Source of the DNA: Chiloscyllium plagiosum
Lineage: Eukaryota
NCBI RefSeq assembly: GCF_004010195.1
Contig: NC_057720.1
Location: 25,969,257-26,032,745 of the forward strand
Reading direction: 5' to 3'
DNA length: 63,489 bases
The number at the start of each line of letters is the position of its first letter. The stretch's first letter is position 1. Below are positions 37,079-48,787 of this stretch, piece after piece. The notes beneath the pieces are model-generated. The model worked only from the letters and a program-made list of their open reading frames with translations. It searched no databases and was not told where the DNA came from. Made by a program: the position numbers and the translations under genes.

Positions 37079-38290
37079 AAATGCAAATGGTGTTGAGCAA
37101 GAGTCTGAGATGCAAACACCTGGGAATTCCAGAGAGGAGAGTTACCTGGACACTTCCTCCCAGGAGATAGTCGCATACATTACATTAAGTGGAACCTTCG
37201 TGTAGGCCAATGGTCATGACCAGGGGTGGGGTGACCATATTTCACGCTGGTATGGGGATCCAGGGATGGAGCAAGTATGATGATTGACATGGACTAACAG
37301 ATATGAAGTACATGCTACTTATATGGACGTGAAGATTGACTACAGGATGAATGGGCAAACTGACCAAATTACTATAATGCAGGAGTCCATTCAAATTGTT
37401 GCATAAAAAGCAATGTAGTGGTGATGTGAACAGCATCGTTACAAGAAAATAAGTATCATTCTCTGCTGCTGCATTCTGCACCTCCGAAGTTTGTGTTTTC
37501 TACTCAGCGCCAGTCTTAAAGATAATCCCTCTTGGCCAGAAAACAACTTGGAATGGGAGGTGAAGGATCCAGTTGTTCTGGTCTATATAGGATCCAATTG
37601 TCAATAAGCCTGCAGTATGGAAATTGTAGAATACATTATTAAAGAAGTCATATCAAAATTGCTTGGAAAATCAACACATGATCAGTGAAAATCAATGTGA
37701 CTTTATGAAAGGGAAATCATCATTAACTAATTTATTAGAATATTTCTTTGGAAGTAAATAACTAAGCAGATAAAGGATAATTCGTAAATATACTGCCCTT
37801 GGAGTTCCAAAAGGCATTTGTTAAATTGCCACCTTAAAGGATACATGACAAAATAAAACTTATGGTATAAAAAACAATATATCCGCATCAATAGTAAGGA
37901 AAAAATGTTTCTTTTTGGGTTGGCAAGTTGCAACCAGTGGAGTGCCACAGGATCAGCACCAGGGCTTCAACCAATTATAATCTATGTCACTGGCTTGGGT
38001 GAAAATGTAAGGTAGCTAAATTTATTGATGACACCAAGATAGGGAGGAAAGGATATTGTCAAGAGAAGGTAGAGAGTCTACAAAAGGATATGAACAATTT
38101 AAGTGAGTCAGCAAGAATTTGGCAAATGGAGTATAATGATTAAATGCAAACTTGTCCACTTTTGAGGAACAATAGAAAGACAATATGAAACTTCAGAACT
38201 GGTGGTATAAAAGGGTCTGGGTGTCCTGGTACATGAATCATAATGTTTAAAACGCAGATACAGCAAGTCATTATGAAGGAAAATAGCAAT

Positions 38291-38362
38291 GGGGGTATAG
38301 CTCAGTGGTAGAGCATTTGACTGCAGATCAAGAGATCCCTAGTTCAAATCCAGGTGCCCTCT
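38291..38362 (+). tRNA. tRNA-Cys(GCA), probably a pseudogene or retrocopy
   Basis: 72-nt cloverleaf GGGGGTATAGCTCAGTGGTAGAGCATTTGACTGCAGATCAAG...; A:C mismatch in T stem, G2:U71 pair, no T4 terminator or CCA. Confidence 0.9.
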
Positions 38363-38369
38363 AACTTTG

Positions 38370-39793
38370 CATCTTGCAAAATGACCAGATTACAGAGGAG
38401 GAACTGCTGGATGTCTTGAAATGGTTAAAGGTGGATAAAACCCCAATACCTGATCAGGTGTACCCAAGAACTCTGTGGGAAGCTAGAAAGGTGATTGCTG
38501 GGCCTCTTGCTGAGATATTTGTATCATCGATAGTCACAAGTGAGGCGCCGGAAGACTGGAGGTTGGCAAAAGTGGCGCCACTGTTTAAGAAGGGTGGTAA
38601 AGACAAGCCAGGGAACTATAGACCGGTGAGCCTGACCTCGGTAGTGGGCAAGTTGTTGGAGGGAATCCTGAGGGACGGGATGTACATGTATTTGGAAAGG
38701 CAAGGACTGATTAGGGATAGTCAACATGGCTTTGTGTGTGGGAAATCATGTCTCACAAATTTGATTGAGTTTTTTGAAGAAGTAACAAAGAAGATTGATG
38801 AGGGCAGAGCAGTAGATGTGATCTATATGGACTTCANNNNNNNNNNNNNNNNNNNNNNNNNNNNNNNNNNNNNNNNNNNNNNNNNNNNNNNNNNNNNNNN
38901 NNNNNNNNNNNNNNNNNNNNNNNNNNNNNNNNNNNNNNNNNNNNNNNNNNNNNNNNNNNNNNNNNNNNNNNNNNNNNNNNNNNNNNNNNNNNNNNNNNNN
39001 NNNNNNNNNNNNNNNNNNNNNNNNNNNNNNNNNNNNNNNNNNNNNNNNNNNNNNNNNNNNNNNNNNNNNNNNNNNNNNNNNNNNNNNNNNNNNNNNNNNN
39101 NNNNNNNNNNNNNNNNNNNNNNNNNNNNNNNNNNNNNNNNNNNNNNNNNNNNNNNNNNNNNNNNNNNNNNNNNNNNNNNNNNNNNNNNNNNNNNNNNNNN
39201 NNNNNNNNNNNNNNNNNNNNNNNNNNNNNNNNNNNNNNNNNNNNNNNNNNNNNNNNNNNNNNNNNNNNNNNNNNNNNNNNNNNNNNNNNNNNNNNNNNNN
39301 NNNNNNNNNNNNNNNNNNNNNNNNNNNNNNNNNNNNNNNNNNNNNNNNNNNNNNNNNNNNNNNNNNNNNNNNNNNNNNNNNNNNNNNNNNNNNNNNNNNN
39401 NNNNNNNNNNNNNNNNNNNNNNNNNNNNNNNNNNNNNNNNNNNNNNNNNNNNNNNNNNNNNNNNNNNNNNNNNNCTGGGGTTGGGGAGTCCAGAACTAGA
39501 GGGCATAGGTTTAGGGTGAGAGGGGAAAGATATAAAAGAGACCTAAGGGGCAACATGTTCACGCAGAGGGTAGTACGTGTATGGAATGAGCTGCCAGAGG
39601 ATGTGGTGGAGGCTGGTACAAAGGCAACATTTAAGAGGCATTTGGATGTGTATATGAATAGGAAGGGTTTGGAGGGATATGGGCCGGGCACTGGCAGGTG
39701 GGACTAAATGGGGTAGGGATATTTGGTCAGCATGGATGGGTTGGACCGAAGGGTCTGTTTCCATGCTGTACATCTCTATGACTCTATGACTCT
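38370..39793 (+). mobile_element. Young 5'-truncated HER1-like CR1 spanning the gap
   Basis: Open RT: PEDWRLA, GNYRPVSLTS, QHGF..GKSCLTNL, VDVIYMDF; (ctctatga)n tail. Confidence 0.95.
38837..39474. other. Assembly gap (638 N)
   Basis: Run of N inside a CR1. Confidence 1.
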
Positions 39794-40819
39794 TTGAATT
39801 AAATGTTATTTGTTGTAAAGGGATTGAGATAACAAGTCAGAAAATTTTATTGCAGCTGCACAGGGCCTTAGTGAGCCTACACCTGGAGTACAGTGTGTGG
39901 CTGTGGTCTCCTAATCTGAAATATGTAATTGTTTCACAGTTCAGACTAGATTAATTTGGCTCACTTCTTACATACCTTACAAAGAAAGTTTGAACAGGCT
40001 GGGCCTATACCCAATGGAATTTAGAAAAATGAGAGTTTCTTGCTGAACTACAGGTCCTGAGGAGACTGGATATGGTGGATGGCAGGAGGTTCTTTTCTCT
40101 TGTGTGTGGACTAGAACTCAAGCATACAGCTTAAGGATAAGAGGTCTCCCAATTTAGACAGAGATTAGGCAAATATTTCTCACTCAGACGGTAATCTGTC
40201 TGTGGAATTCTTCAGAAATCAATGGAAGCTGGGTCATTGAATTAATTCAGAAAGACTGAGATAGATTGTTGAAAGACCACACTATCTAGTGTTATGGAGT
40301 GGCAGGGGTGTAGACAGGAAAATGGAGTTGAAATCACAAAGAGATCAGTCATGACCTTATTGACTGAGACAACAGGCATCGAGGGTTAAATGACCTACTC
40401 CTGCTCCTAAGACCAATGTTTCTATAGGTAGAACTGAGAATAATGCTGTTGATAATATTTGAGGGGTTAGGGTCCAACGTCAAAGACAGAACCTCAAGGG
40501 TAATAATATGTAGATTGTTACCTCAGACACATGTAAATTAGCATCGGTTCAAACAGATTGGAGGGATATGTGCATGGTTCAAAGAATGGAATGGGGAAAA
40601 GAGGTTCCATTTCATGAGGAGTGGCCCCAGTCTTGGGGAAAGAAGGAACCATTCATATAAGATGGGCTTCACTGAAACCAAGCAGTGATCAGTGCTCTGG
40701 TGAATCTTCTGACAATGGTGTGTTGTGGGGTTTAAACTAAAAGAGTTGGACAAAGGGTCGTGTGGAGCACGATCAACTCAGGGGACTCTTACACTGTCTG
40801 CCTGGTTCTGTTAGATTGC

Positions 40820-41088
40820 TGAGGTAAAAACAATGACTGCAGATGCTGGAAACCAGATTCTGGATTAGTGGTGCTGGAAGAGCACAGCAGTTCAGGCAGC
40901 ATCCGAGGAGCAGTAAAATCGATGTTTCGGGCAAAAGCCCTTCATCAGGAATAAAGGCAGAGAGCCTGAAGCGTGGGGCTCTCTGCCTTTATTCCTGATG
41001 AAGGGCTTTTGCCCGAAACGTCGATTTTGCTGCTCCTTGGATGCTGCCTGAACTGCTGTGCTCTTCCAGCACCACTAATCCAGAATCA
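40820..41088. mobile_element. Self-inverted PLE family-A insertion; intact hammerhead core at 40995-41022 (+)
   Basis: ~110-bp arms with a ~11-nt loop; 10-bp TSD GTTAGATTGC at 40810-40819 and 41089-41098. Confidence 0.9.
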
Positions 41089-41384
41089 GTTAGATTGCCT
41101 GACAGTCACCCATTCCCTCACTGCTTGTATGCTTCTAACCTGCATTGTGAGGTAGTACCAAACATGCGATCCGCATGTGAATGCACAACAGTGACTCCAG
41201 CCATTCTCACCTTCCTAAACCCAGAGTTCCAGCTTTTGTGGCTGGTGACACTTACTCAGCTAGACCACATAGTGTCTTTATAACAACACACAAAACTCAG
41301 GATATGCACTCCAATTGGCTGAGCTTCCTTCCCATAACTTTAAAACTTATTTATTTGCATTTAAGTAGTGGGCGAATTACCAGT

Positions 41385-42850
41385 AAAAAGTGAGGACAAC
41401 AGATGCTGGAGATTAGAGTTGAAAGTGTGGTGCTAGAAAAGCACAGCAGGTCAGGTAGCATCCAAGGAGAAGGAGGCTGACGTTTTGGGCAAGACCCCTT
41501 TATCAGTAATGAGGCTGTGGGCCTAGGGCATGGAGAGATAAATGAAAGGCTGTGAGGCTGGGGGCAAGGTATCTGAGAGTGTGATAGGTAGATGGAGGTG
41601 GGGGTAATGGTGATAGGTTGGAGAGGAGAGTGGAGTGGATAGGTGGGAAGGAAAATGGACAGGAAGGACATGTCATGAGATGGTCGCCAGACGCGTCTTA
41701 AATGAATCTACTGTGCCTGCCTCTCCCACCTCTGCTGGCAACACATTCCAGATGCCCACCACCCTCTGTGTGAAGTACTTGCCATGTGTATCCCACTTAA
41801 ACTTTTCACCTCTCACCTTGAAAGCATGACCTCTGGTTATCTCTAAATACCTTGTCTATACCCTTCATGATTTTGTAGACCTCAATCAGGTCCCCCCTGA
41901 ATTTCCTTTCTTCTAATGAAAACAAACCTAATCTACTCAACCTCTCTTCATAGCTAGCACCTTCATACCAGGCAACATCCTTGTAAACCTTCTCTACACC
42001 CTCTCCAAAGCGTCCACATCTGTTTGGTAATGGTGCCAGTGTAACTATGGAGATGGACTGTTCCACGTAGCCGACAAAGAGACAGGCAGGGCTGGGGCCC
42101 ATGTGGGTGCCCATGGCTACCCCTTTCATCTGGAGGAAGTGGGAGGATTCAAAGGAGAAATTATTGAGGGTGAGGACCAGTTTAGCCAAACAAATGAGAG
42201 TGTCAGTGGAGGGGTACTTTTGGGGATGCTGGGAGAGGAAGAAAAGGAGGGCTTGGAAGCTTTTGTCATGGTGGTAGGGACTGTATGTCCACGGTGAAGC
42301 TGAGGCATTGGGGGCCGGCGAGATGAAAGTCTTGAAGTAGGTGGAGGTCATTGGTGGTGTCCCGAACATATGTGGGGAGTTCCTGGACTGGGGGAAATAG
42401 GACAGCATCAAGGTATGTGGAGATGTGTTTGGTGGGGCAGAAGCAGGCTGAGACAATGAGTCGGCCGAGGTAGTCAGGCTTGTGGATCTTGGATAGGAGG
42501 TAGAGCCGGGTGGTGTGGGGTACCCAAACTATGAGGTTAGAAGCTGTGGGTGGGAGCTCCCCTGAGGTGATGAGGTTGTGTACGGTTTGGGAGATGATGA
42601 TTTGGTGATGAGAGGTGAGGTTGTGATCAAGGGGGCAATAGGAGGAGGTATCTTCGAGTTGGTGCCTGGCTTCAGCAGCGTAAAGTGTGCCAAACTATTG
42701 CTGCACCTCCCTTGTCCACTGGTGAGGTTGGGGGTTGGAGCAAAGGGAGTGGAGGGCAGCACGTTGCCAGGGTGAGAGGTTGGAATGGGTGAGGGTGGTC
42801 GACAGGTTGAAGTGGTAAATGGCGACAGTTTGAAATAAAGAGATCAAGAG
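41385..42850 (-). mobile_element. PLE RT fragment and terminal repeat, with a CR1 fragment at ~41690-42020
   Basis: LVLTLNNFSFESSHFLQMKGVAMGTHMGPSPACLFVGYVEQ, fused in frame to CR1 YEERLSRLGLFSLE. Confidence 0.9.
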
Positions 42851-44855
42851 GTAAATTACCAGTATTTATTGACCGACTTCAACCACTGTATTGAAGTAAA
42901 AACCAAACACAGGAGGAAACGGATCCTAATGCAGACTATCCTCCTGCTGTGTTTTCAGTATCTCAGGCCAATCACTATCCTTAAGCTCTCAGACTGATGC
43001 CCTTGCTGGGTGTTACTGACTGCCTGACCAAGGTCCGCACCTCTAGCAATCCTCTCCTGGACCCAGTGAGGATAGAAAACAATGCACAGAATACCTGGTT
43101 TCCTCCCTGCTTTCCCTTAATGGCTTGGGAGACAATTCATCTGGTCCCCGTCATTCATCCTCCTTCAAGGAGGTCAGTCCCTCCAGTAATTTGCTTCTCA
43201 TCTTGCCTTAACAATGGAGTTGGCATCCAGATGGGGAGGAGGTGTCAAAAAGCCACCTTTGCTCCATTAGCTATTCCATTGATTCATCTCCCAACAGAGT
43301 TAGAAGCCTTAGTGCTATTGTGCTCTGTCTAGGGCTCCCAGAGATCAAGTCAATGAGAGGCCCAGCAGTTTGTCTTTGAGGTAACAACCCTTGAACCCAC
43401 TGCCCATCAAGATCCATATTGAAATCCACCTTAGATCACAGCTGAAGGAGAAGAAAGTATTTCATTTCCATCTGCTACCTAGTGAATTGTTTAAACAGTT
43501 GGAATTCATGGGAGGCATAGAGGGCTGCATCAGGCTTGGAAGTAACATGTCTCAGATTGGACTGCTCAAGTTATCTATCTAATCAAACTTTCACTGTTGA
43601 TAACTAAAAATAGAACTACCAGGGGAAGACAAGAAAATGAGAGCAGAAAGAACCTAAAGAACTTGCAATTATTTAAAACAACCAAGAAAAATGTCCAAAC
43701 AATGAGGTTATGCAAAGATAAAATTGATTAAACAACAGTCTGCCTCATTTACCTTTCACAGTAGAAGAATACCACAGGGTATATGGTGCCGCTACAAGCT
43801 AATTGAACACTTCATTGCTTTAATAGTGCAGTTTTCTTTCAAATTAAGTTTGCCACAGACTTAATATATTCTAATTGAAAGTTTACAGTTTAAAATTTTG
43901 AAATAAAGCTTTCATTTTACTTGCTATAAATCAATTCCAATGATTCCTATAGATAGTCTTATCTTAACAGGTTAGTTTCATGAGATAGAATTTTCTTCAG
44001 CCTTAAGTGAAATGGGCAATCATATGAAATTTGGGGAAAAGCAGATTCCCAATGTTGCAAAAAATGTTTCTGATCTTCTCTTTAAGGTTTAAATTCTTAA
44101 TCTCGTTAATGAGTGGCGGTTACCATCTTTACAAGTTTTTGCATCTCACTATTAGCTAATTTTGCCTCATTTCTTTGCAGATCGCAAGTCTTCCCTCCTT
44201 CCTGGGAAACAATGCCAACATGAAAGCCAACGCAGTTATTCCACATCAGCAGTTCATCATTTACTTCTCCAAGCTTTCAGACAACACTATCTGCACTATC
44301 TCTGCTTCCCAGAATGCTTCATGGACACCTTCCTCTTCTACACTTTTTTTTTTAAAGCTGGGCATCTTCCAACCAGCAGCCTCAGAATATTATTGTGCCA
44401 GCTTTCAGATGATCTCACACAGCACTCTAACTTTTTAAGATTTTGCTTTGGAGCACAGGAACACTTACGCCTTATACAATTCTGCTACGTCAGCTTGGCT
44501 GCAGGGACATGCATCCACATAGTATGTATCTTACAGCTCTGAGCTTACTTTCTTCAAGCTCACTCGCTCTGTGCTGACTTGGAAGCTACCAGGTCAAGAG
44601 GGTGGGCAAGTCACCATGAAACATCAGGCCATGGTAACAGCACATCTGCCACTTGTGCCAGCAACTCATATTGCAAATGTATTGCATATGCTTCAACCAA
44701 ATGGCCATATCTGAAAGTCAAAGGGGGGCAGTCTTTAGTAGAATGAGGGGAGACTAGAATCAATCAATGGATGTAATTACAATCAGTCAAGGAGCTCATC
44801 TGATCTCAGTCCAGGGATTGGTCTAGGTCAGTCAGGTGCTTGATCCAAACATTGC

Positions 44856-44998
44856 CTGGGATCTGTGCCCTTGCAGTGTGGGCATTAAAATAACCAACAA
44901 AAATGTCACTGGATCATCAATGTGTCAGTTAGGGTACTGTGGAGGCATTTATCCAAGGGTGAGCTCATCCTGAGTTTGGAATGGCTTCCCAACACAGT
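44856..44998 (+). repeat. 143-bp direct repeat, copy 1
   Basis: About 15 mismatches, no gaps, versus 46001-46143 (hand count). Confidence 0.9.
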
Positions 44999-45399
44999 CC
45001 TAAGGGTGGACCATGGTTAGCCCTAGGGGTTTGGGTATAATGGTCAGGGGAGTGTCAGTGAAATCCGGGGGAAAGTGACAAACCCAAGTGTAGGGATCAT
45101 GTTCATTGGATTGGGTGGTCAAAGAAGTGATGGTAGTGAGAGTGGCAATTCAGGATAGAAGGGTGGAATTGTATTGAGCACAGGAGGTGATGAGAAGCTG
45201 AGGGAGGTGGATTCTCAGTGTGCAATCAATGCAGTCCAAATATGAGGACAGTGCATTGCCAATAATGATATGCTAACTTGCAAAGTTGGGTTTAAGGGGT
45301 AATTTGGAGAAATTAACACTGATGTAAAGGGGCAGAATAGAAATGGGGATGTGGGGGAAGGTTGAAAGGTGATCATTGAGCCACAGGGACTATAATATG

Positions 45400-45530
45400 T
45401 GGGCGGCACGGTGGCACAGTGGTTAGCACTGTTGCCTCACAGCGCCAGAGACCCGGGTGTCGGTGTGGACTTGTTGGGCCGAAGGGCCTGTTTCCACACT
45501 GTAATGTAATCTAATCTAATCTAATCTAAT
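45400..45530 (+). mobile_element. Internally deleted mini-HE1 SINE
   Basis: Head (to gacccgggt) joined directly to tail (gtcggtgtggacttg...(taatc)n). Confidence 0.9.
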
Positions 45531-45624
45531 ATGAAAATGAGCATGAAAGTTAGGGAACATCGTCTTTAGTCTCAAGTGGAACTGCACTCATTCACAAGGA
45601 CACACAGCTGAAACTTTGCCATCT

Positions 45625-45952
45625 GGGGAGGGGATGGCCTAGTGGTATTATCAGGAGACTGCTAATCCAATAATATTCTGGGAACCTGTGTTCGAATCCC
45701 ATCATTGTAGGTGGTGGAATTTGAATTCAATAAATATCTAGAATTAAGAGTGTGATGATGACCATGAATCCATTATCAATGGATCGCCATCTGGTCCACT
45801 AATGTCCTTTAGGGAAAGAAACTGTTACCTTTCCTGGTCTGTGACTCCAGACTGTAGCAATGTGGTTGACCCTTAACTTCCATCTGAGCAATTAAGGATG
45901 GACAATAGGCACTGGACTAGCCAGACAATCCCTAATCCTGTGAATGAATTAA
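45625..45952 (+). mobile_element. tRNA-derived SINE sharing its tail with the 30420/62790 LINE family
   Basis: A box tggcctagtgg, B box gttcgaatccc, tail gcaattaaggatggacaatagg..ctagccag. Confidence 0.8.
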
Positions 45953-46000
45953 AGAACTATCTCACACCAACCTCAACTGTGCAATAATGAAATAAAAGTA

Positions 46001-46143
46001 CTGGGGTCTGCGCCTTTGCAGTGTGAGCATTAAAATAACCAACAAAAATGCCACTGGATCACTATTGTGTCAGTGAGGGTACTGTGGAGGCATTTATCCA
46101 AGGGTGAGTTCATTCTGAGTTTGGACTGGCCTCCCAATGCAGT
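46001..46143 (+). repeat. 143-bp direct repeat, copy 2
   Basis: See 44856-44998. Confidence 0.9.
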
Positions 46144-47149
46144 ATGGACAAAATACTGTTTTTCTTTTCTAGAGTATAATTTTTTAAATATAAGATTGTG
46201 TTAGGGGCAATTGTACTAATCATATATCCACTGCATAATTCTATTTATCTGTCATCGAATTAATTTGGTAGCAATTGACATTTCAAATAATGGTCTCAAG
46301 AAATTATGACCATTCCATACTTATGCTAATTACCCTTCTGTCAAGTCAGATGTACAAGGCTCTGCAGGTAAAGACTTAAAATTCACATTTGATCATACCA
46401 TCTTTACACTGTTTTCCTTACAGGTTTTGAAACGCAATTCTTCAGAGCTGCTGCATTCTCACACCTAACTGTAAGTATGCAATGATGTTCAAAGTGGCTT
46501 TTATTGGGAAAGGGTGCTATTGTAGTGTATACAGTGCCTTAAATGCATTCCCTCAATGTAGCATTAGCACTGTGGATCTGCAACATGCATCTGGGTAAAG
46601 TTATCGCTCGCAGCACCATATAAAGGCATGATATTGGTCTCACTGTGAAGACAAAGCCTCCACCCAAGACTATGTGAGGACACAATTAATTTCTACATAA
46701 TGATTGATGTGAAGGATGAAGGATCTAGAGTACTGTTACTGATCTGCTGTTCTATTTCTGACATTACCACTTATCTGAGATGGAACGAGCAATCAGACAA
46801 TTCCTTGTGTCCTTGGCAAACATGTGAAACGTCATAATCAAGTTGTGAGTCACTGAGTTAGCTTGCTTTTGTGCACAATGGCCTTCGAAAGATGAGGGCA
46901 AGAGTATGGTGTTAAGGGCAGGTCTTGACCCACAGCATCTACAGTGAATTTTTTTTAATAAGCTGATAGGAGGATCAATGTCACAAAGTCCCTGCAATGG
47001 CAAACACTTCCTTATCTCTCCTCACAGGGTTTCATGAGCTGGCACTATGGAGGCCAGTTGACTTATTCATGAGCTGAAGAGTGGATTGTTGCATGAGAAT
47101 AGTAGACCCACAGTGGACTTCCCAGTAGACTGTCAATAATCCGTCATTA

Positions 47150-48095
47150 CAACGCATCATCCTCTACCATTTCCACCACCTAAAGTCAGACCCCACCACC
47201 AGAGATATATTTCCCTCTCCACCCCTTTCAGCATTGCCTCCACCACTCCCTTGTTAGGTCCACGCTCCCCACCAACCCAGCCTCCATTGCTGGCACCTTC
47301 CCTTCCTACAGCAAGAGGTGTATAACTTGTGCCCACACCTCCCCCCCCACACCTCCCCCCCTTACCTCTATCCAAGGCCCCAAAAGATCCTTTCACATCC
47401 AGCAGAAATTTTCCTGCACCTCCAAAAGCCTCAACTACTGTATCCGTTGCTCTCGGTATGGTCTCCTCTACACTGGGGAGACAAGATGCCAACTTGCGGG
47501 ACATTTCAGAGAACGTCTCTGGACACACGCACCAACCAACCCCAACGTTCTGTGGCTGATCACTTCAACTCCCCCTCCCACTCCACCAAGGACATGCAAG
47601 TTCTGGGCCTCCTTCACTGCCAAATCCAAGCCACCTGATGACTGGAGAAGGAACACCTCATTTTCGGCCTTGGGACCTTCTGACCACATGGAATTAATGT
47701 CGATTTTACCAGTTTCCTCAACTCCTCTCCCCCTATCTTACCCCAGATTCAACCCTCCAACTCAGCACCGCCCCTTGAACTGTCCTACCCGTCTATCTTC
47801 CTTTCCACCTATCCACTCCACCTTCCACTCCGACTTATCACCATCACCCTCTACCTTCATCCACCTATTGCATTCCCAGCTACCTAGCTCCCGCAGCCCA
47901 ACTCCCCCTCACATTTTGCTCTCATCTACCTTACCCCCTTCCCCCCCACCAACCCTCAGCCCACCACATTCTTGCTGAAGAGCTTATGCTTCAAGCATCC
48001 ACTCTCCTGCTCCTTGGATGATGCCTGACCGACTGTGCTTTTCTAGCGCCACACCTTTTGACTCTGATCTTCAGCATCTGCAGTCCTCACTTTGT
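47150..48095 (+). mobile_element. PLE 3' part with GIY-YIG endonuclease remnant and terminal repeat
   Basis: YCIRCSRYGLLYTGET, SVADHFNSPSH, EHLIFGLGT..PHGINVDF. Confidence 0.9.
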
Positions 48096-48787
48096 TCCCG
48101 TCATTAATTCTACCCAAAGTAGCACCTTGCCTAACAAATGGGAGAAACTCAGCCCTAAGTCAATGCTTAAGGTCCACAATCTGCACTAGTTCTGACACAG
48201 AGTCACTGACATCTGTCTTTCTCTGCCAGTCTTGCTAAGCATCTCCAATACCTCCTGTATACATTGAAGCAAAAATAACTCCTTTTTGGCAGATCTCCAA
48301 AAGGTAACTCGACTTATTTTAAAGCCCTCAGTCCTCCTCCAACAAGAAATTCAGCACCAGCTGGCTGTGCTCTGCTTCAGCACAACATTCAACAGGAATT
48401 CTTAAAATACGTTAGGGTATGAGAAAAGCATGAACTATTTACTGTTCAAAAAAGCATCAATGTCAAATGTGGTAAAAGGCAGTAATTTATATATCTTATT
48501 ATATGTGTGATTAGCATCATTTTTAGTGTTTTGATTTTAAAACAGTGACATATGGAAGTTGATTACATTTGTAAAGTTTTTTTAAAAAAGTCAGACAATC
48601 CTTCTGTAACAGTGATCTAATATTGTCTGCGTCAGAGAGCAGGTTATGACAAATACCTGGAGTTTTGATGGAAAAACATACTAATACTGTGGGGTTTATG
48701 ACAGGTAGAATAAACATGGAAGGTTATGAGTTTGTTCTAGTTCCAAATAATCAAGGATTGATTTTAGTTTAGAAACTTTATTTTTTT

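Larger units (their letters stand above)
37520..40425 (+). mobile_element. Old CR1 RT/3' region interrupted by tRNA-Cys and a younger CR1
   Basis: SGVPQ, KFIDDTKIG, HLEYSV remnants; reading resumes at ~39800. Confidence 0.75.

Noticed and set aside
38374..39691. Long ORFs of 227-381 aa in the ORF track
   Set aside because: Artefacts of translating through the N gap; the real parts are CR1 RT
40856..41087. Long hairpin as a possible miRNA precursor
   Set aside because: Explained by an inverted PLE repeat with a TSD; no small-RNA evidence
41806..42456. 216-aa ORF fusing PLE RT to a CR1 C-terminus
   Set aside because: Chance in-frame junction of two broken elements; the YxDD catalytic motif is absent
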